Part shown: positions 56,167-64,000 of the stretch, one piece after another
Position numbering within the stretch: position 1 is the first letter of the stretch
Layout of the letters: every line of letters begins with the position of its first letter
Assembly (NCBI RefSeq): GCF_009914755.1
Contig: NC_060941.1
Origin: the human T2T-CHM13v2.0 reference genome, Homo sapiens
Direction: 5' to 3' (one strand)
Length of the DNA: 64,000 nt
The notes under the pieces: generated by a model
Told to the model about the DNA's origin: nothing
The model's input: only the letters and a program-made list of their open reading frames with translations
The model's database searches: none
Position numbers and translations under genes: made by a program

Positions 56167-57253
56167 GTCTTATGATGTTGTACATACATAACATTTTTTT
56201 AATTTAAATAGTTAAAACATGGAAGGCATCCAGGAAGAAGGAACAGCAACTGAGAGGTATGGGCCATATCTCAGTCAGGTAGGGGTGACTCAGGGGTTTG
56301 GAGCTGGGAGGGGCAGGAGGACACCAAGCTGAGTTGAGACTGAAGGCTGAGTGCTGCAGGGGAATGGGATCCATCGCAGGCTGTTAAGCAGGGGAGTCCT
56401 GATCTCACCCTTGTTCTTGATCTTGACCACATTCTGGTGGAAATCATTCAGTGGAAATTTAATGTGGATGAGATTGACTCTCAAAGGGGACCCAGTTAGG
56501 CTGTGCCCAGGTCTAGGGAGAGAGGAAGAAGATCTAAACATGGCAATGGCCATGGGGCAGCAGGTGTTTCCTAGGGTGCTCATCAGCACGCAATTCACCA
56601 GCTGAGGGAAATGAGGAAGGAGGAGTTGATGGGGTGTGAGGAGAAGCAGGCTGGGAGAAGGAGGATTTCAGGTCTGACGAGGACACCGTTCTTAAGGAAG
56701 AAAGAACTCCCTTCCACCCTCCAGCGTAGAAACTGTGTGCAGATGTGGGAGAGCCCATGGGTAGAGTTAAGATTCAAGCATGGGAGTCTTTGGGTTAAAA
56801 TACCTAAAAAGGTAGAGTGGTGTTAAAAGAAAGGCATGGACTTTGCAGACAGACAGAACTGAGTTTGAGCTCCAGCCGTGCCACTTACTATCTGCATGAT
56901 TTTATGCAACTTACCGAAACTCTCTGAATTCTGGGGGTTGTCAATTCCAAAATGGGCCTGACCATACCCACCTCACAGAGTTGCAAGGACAATATCATAA
57001 ATAACCTCTGTAGAATGCCTCCATGGTGTCAGTCAACACGTGTGGACACTCCCCCATCCTGTGTCCCACCTCCCACTTCCATAGAGCATGGAGGTCTTCC
57101 AGGAAGACCCTTCAAGATCTTCTGAGATTTGTCCCATTTCCCACATCTCTCAGGCTATGAGGCTCCAGAAGGTTTCTGGAAAGCACCTGCAACTCCCCTC
57201 CCATCAGTTCAAGAACAGAGATCACACAGGTTTGCATCAACCAGAAAGTCAGC

Positions 57254-57259
57254 TTTATT
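57254..57259 (-). terminator. KRT16: KRT16 polyadenylation signal AATAAA
   Basis: tttatt on + strand about 130 nt after the stop. Confidence 0.85.
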
Positions 57260-57387
57260 AGCCCACCACCAGCAGAGGAGCAGGGGAGATAGCTGGGAAC
57301 TGCGCCAGGAGAGCAGGGTCCTGACCCGGGCCTTCAGGAGGTGAGGCCAGCTGGTGGGCAGGAGGCTGTGGTAGAGGCAGCTCAGTT

Positions 57388-60559
<3,172 letters not shown>

Positions 60560-63500
60560 CCTTCAGAAGAACTCCCTGCCCCACAGTGACAGCCTTGGCT
60601 GAAAGAGAGCTCAGTGATGCCATCCTGGGCTGTCTTGGGGAGCAGTTGTGGGGATCCCACATGTCCCACTCTGGGCAGGGGCAGAGTTCCTGTCTTCACT
60701 CTGCTTGCTGTGTGGCCTGAGGCTCCCCACCTCCCACCTCTGGGCCTGTTTCCCCTCAGTGACCAGGCTGGACTGGGTGACTGCAGAGTCCCTTCTGTTC
60801 TAAAAATCCTATAACTCTCTTTCCCCTCTTGGATCTAATTCCAGTTCCAGAGGCTGCCTTGAGCCCCCGGGATCTCCAGAAGTGTGTGCACCATACAAAC
60901 AGCACTGGCCATGGAGCTAGACAGGCGGCACTGAGTCCCTGCTCTGCCCTTACCAACTGTACAGCACAGGCTGGTCCTATAGCCCCTTGGTCCTCAGTTT
61001 TCTCATCTGTAAAAGGGGATGACACACCACTAGCCACAAAGAAACATGCGCGAAGGACCCCACCGGCCCTTCCCCGAGGGCCAGCCCTGCCCCTCAGCCT
61101 CCCCATCCTGCCCCTCCAGCCACCTGCTCCTCACACTCACCTCTACACACTGGCACCATCCCACACCCCTAAGCAGGGCCCTGCGCCCCCCACACTCCCA
61201 GCTGAAGAACACCACAGCCCCACACCTAGCTCTGCCACTCCTCTACCGCCCTCTCCTAATCACAGGCACCCCACCTGCAGGCTGGTGGGAGGGAGCCCCA
61301 TCCTGCCACTACAGCCAGGTATGACCCCTGACCCCACCTGGGCCTCAGAGTCCCCCCCTACCCTGTAGAAACAGGACTAGCCGGGGATCCGTTCCCAGCA
61401 GTTCTCTCTCCTGTGTCCACAGATCCCAGGCTAGGCCTGGCAGCTCCATTCATCCAGCTGAGCTGGGGGAGAGCACTGGTTATGGGCCCACTCAGGCATG
61501 CATGGAGAGCCCAGTGTGTGCCATACAGTTCTGTGAGCGTAGAGATTCACTCAAAGTCACTCTGCTTTAAGCTGCAGAGCTGCAACTAGAACCCAGAACT
61601 CTGGCCCTCTCCAGGCTCCCACCATGCCTGCAGGCGGGGCCAGTATACCCAACTCTCACCCACCTCCCCACGATCACTGGCAGGAGGTCTGCCCATGGTG
61701 GGCATGGCCTTGGCCTGAGAGCCTGGTCCAGCACCGAGGACTGGAGGGAGGATGGAGGGGTCTGGGCACCAAGACGGGGCCTCCTCAGGGTGCTGTGGGG
61801 CATCCCTCGGTGCTGGCCACTGGCCTTGCTCTGCAGTGTCTCTGTTGAGGTGAGGAGCCCAGAGACAGCCTGCTTCTGCCTGAGCTCCACTGGGGCAGGC
61901 AATTCCTTGTCTCAGCAGAACCAGGGTTTTGTCACTGCTACATCTCCCCTGGTCATTCATCCCAGAGGTAAGAGCAGAACGGATGCACATCCCTTCAGAG
62001 TCAAACCTGGGAGAGGGAACCTGACACTCCTCACCCCTACCCCAAAAAGGGGCAAAGGGGACCCCGGAATCTTGGACAAAAACCTCAGTGTTCAGGTGTC
62101 AGGTTGGGCCTGGAGTTCTGGTCCATCCACAGACCCATCACCCTCAGAACTGAAAATGGTCTTCAAGGTCACCAAAGGCTATTAATACCCCAACTGGAGA
62201 GAGCGAAAGCCTTATCCAGGTTAAGCAGCACAAAAGTGAGAGAGCAGAGACTCGAGCCAGCTCTAACTCCCAAGCCAGGATTCACACCGACTCTCGTAGT
62301 AGAGTCTCTGAGAACTCTTCACTCTCTGCCCCCATCGTGTGTGCATGCACACACACCCCTTTCTCATTGGCTCACTGCCCCCCACCAAGTTCCCCATTCC
62401 AGGAGGTGTCAGGGCGGGATTATACACAAGCCCAGCACTGCAGACCTGGGGATCTGCATGGGCTGAGAAGCTGCAGGAAGTTGCTGACCAACGCGCCAAA
62501 CTGCTCAGCCAACTCCATAGATCACGCACCTGCTGTGTGTACAGCTCTCGGGGGCTGGGGGTGAAGAGGGAGATGATGACATAGTCTCTGACCTTAGAAG
62601 AACTTATCATTTGACCCTGGAGGGAAAACTAATGCTGGAAAATACAGAACCTGGCTAGAAACCCTGGGGTGCTGGGCTTGCCTGCCATGCCCACACCACA
62701 GGAGGCAGCTGGGGTAGGCATTGCCCCGCTGAGCCTCAGCAGTAGAGGAGGGGGCTGCCCTCCTGGCCTTGATCCCTGAAAGGGTCCTAGCAGAGAGAGG
62801 CACCAGCAGGGCCTCAGAGGATCTGAGTTGACAGAGGAGGAGGAGGAGGCGTTTCCTGTGCACCAGTGATGCACACCTGCCCCAAGGTGGCCAAGAGCCA
62901 GGACCACTAAGCCTGGTGAGCACAGAGAAGCCCAGTGGGCATCCTCCAGGCAGAGGATTCCTCCCCACACCCTGCCTCCTTCCTCCCTCCTTCGTACTGC
63001 CCATGTCAAGCATGAGGCATGAGATCATGGCATACCTGAGGCAGCCGGGAAACACCATTGGCCAATGCCACGCCTTGACTTGCAGTGATTCTCCAACCAG
63101 ACAGATCGTCAGAGTCCCCATGAAGATTTGCAGCCCTGCTCCAACTCCCGCATCAGCACCGCTCAGGACAAGCCTGCTGGTGGGGCTGTTTTACAAGCTC
63201 CCCAGCCAACTCAGACTGGGAAGGCAGGAGGCAGCTTGGGGGCTAAGGAGGGGGGCAGAGAAGCTGAGGGGAGAGAGGGGGCTGCTGCAGGGCCCCCAGC
63301 CTCGGGTGGACAAGCCAGAGCCACAGGCTTCAGGGCAGGAGGAAGGAAAAGTAGAGCCCCACTGAGCCAGGACAGAGCAGCCTAGAATCGGGGCAAGCAG
63401 GGGCGAAATCTTGGGCAGGACATTCAGCCTCTCTGAGCCTCAGTTTCCTTCTCTGGGAAATGGGAATAACAGCCTTGCCTCACAGGCATATTAGGGGATT

Positions 63501-64000
63501 CGAGGCCAAATAAATAAAGCACCTGGAAAAGGCTGGTGGCTAGCGTTATGTTTATGAGCAGGTGTTTATAAAGTGCCTACTATGTGCCTGGCACTGTGCT
63601 GGGCACTCAGACTCAAAGAACAAGACAGAGAAGCCCTGGAGACACAGTCTTCTGGGGGAGAAGGTGGTAAAGACAATCCCAATACACTAATGTCAGGCCA
63701 CGATGGGGTACTGGGGCCCTGCAGAGAAACAGAGAGAGCAGGGTCCCTGGGGGAGAACAAATGTCCAGGCCCAGGCTCTGCCCCTGTGACGGCTCCCGGG
63801 ATCTGGGGAAATCTGTGAGTGCCAGGCCCACCTCTGGGGCTCCTATCCCCTCCTGCATGTTTGATGCCCCCCTTCTGAAGGTGGGGCTGTCATAGCCCTT
63901 CACAATCCAACCACAGATCTGCAGCTTCTGCCTTGATGATGGGGTGAAACATTCTGTGCATTGGGCAGGGTGGGTGTGGACGAACTGTGAGTCCCTCCAT

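Noticed and set aside
62339-62584. ORF with coiled-coil-like AEKLQEVADQRAKLLSQL as a possible keratin pseudo-exon
   Set aside because: No match to keratin rod exons, opposite strand to the cluster, no splice context
62674-62693. Possible full p63/p53 site GGGCTTGCCT-GCCATGCCC upstream of KRT16
   Set aside because: The CWWG cores are 5 nt apart rather than 6; only one good half-site

Overview
Human-type genomic DNA from the type I (acidic) keratin cluster, recognised as 17q21.2 from the encoded proteins. Three intact genes lie on the minus strand. KRT9 has CDS 19579->14857 (7 coding exons plus a non-coding exon 8, 623 aa), KRT14 has CDS 34424->30025 (8 exons, 472 aa) and KRT16 has CDS 60141->57388 (8 exons, 473 aa). 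All splice sites were read as GT-AG and the exon lengths sum to whole reading frames. The rest is intergenic and rich in Alu, L1, L2/MIR, MaLR/ERVL and DNA-transposon relics, microsatellites and a 1.2-kb (GGT/GAT)n tract. The most notable observations are: (1) a roughly 330-codon stop-free alternative frame in the spliced KRT9 mRNA that runs into the poly(A) site, while the Arg-rich frame is closed by stops; (2) a KRT14-like stop context surviving just after the KRT16 stop; (3) exon-1 near-identity of KRT14 and KRT16, suggesting gene conversion; (4) a ~215-bp non-TE duplication and four copies of one p63-type decamer upstream of KRT14; (5) several nested or templated insertion events. No prokaryote-type systems (CRISPR, rRNA, tRNA) are present. 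Repeat family names are from recall and need RepeatMasker confirmation.
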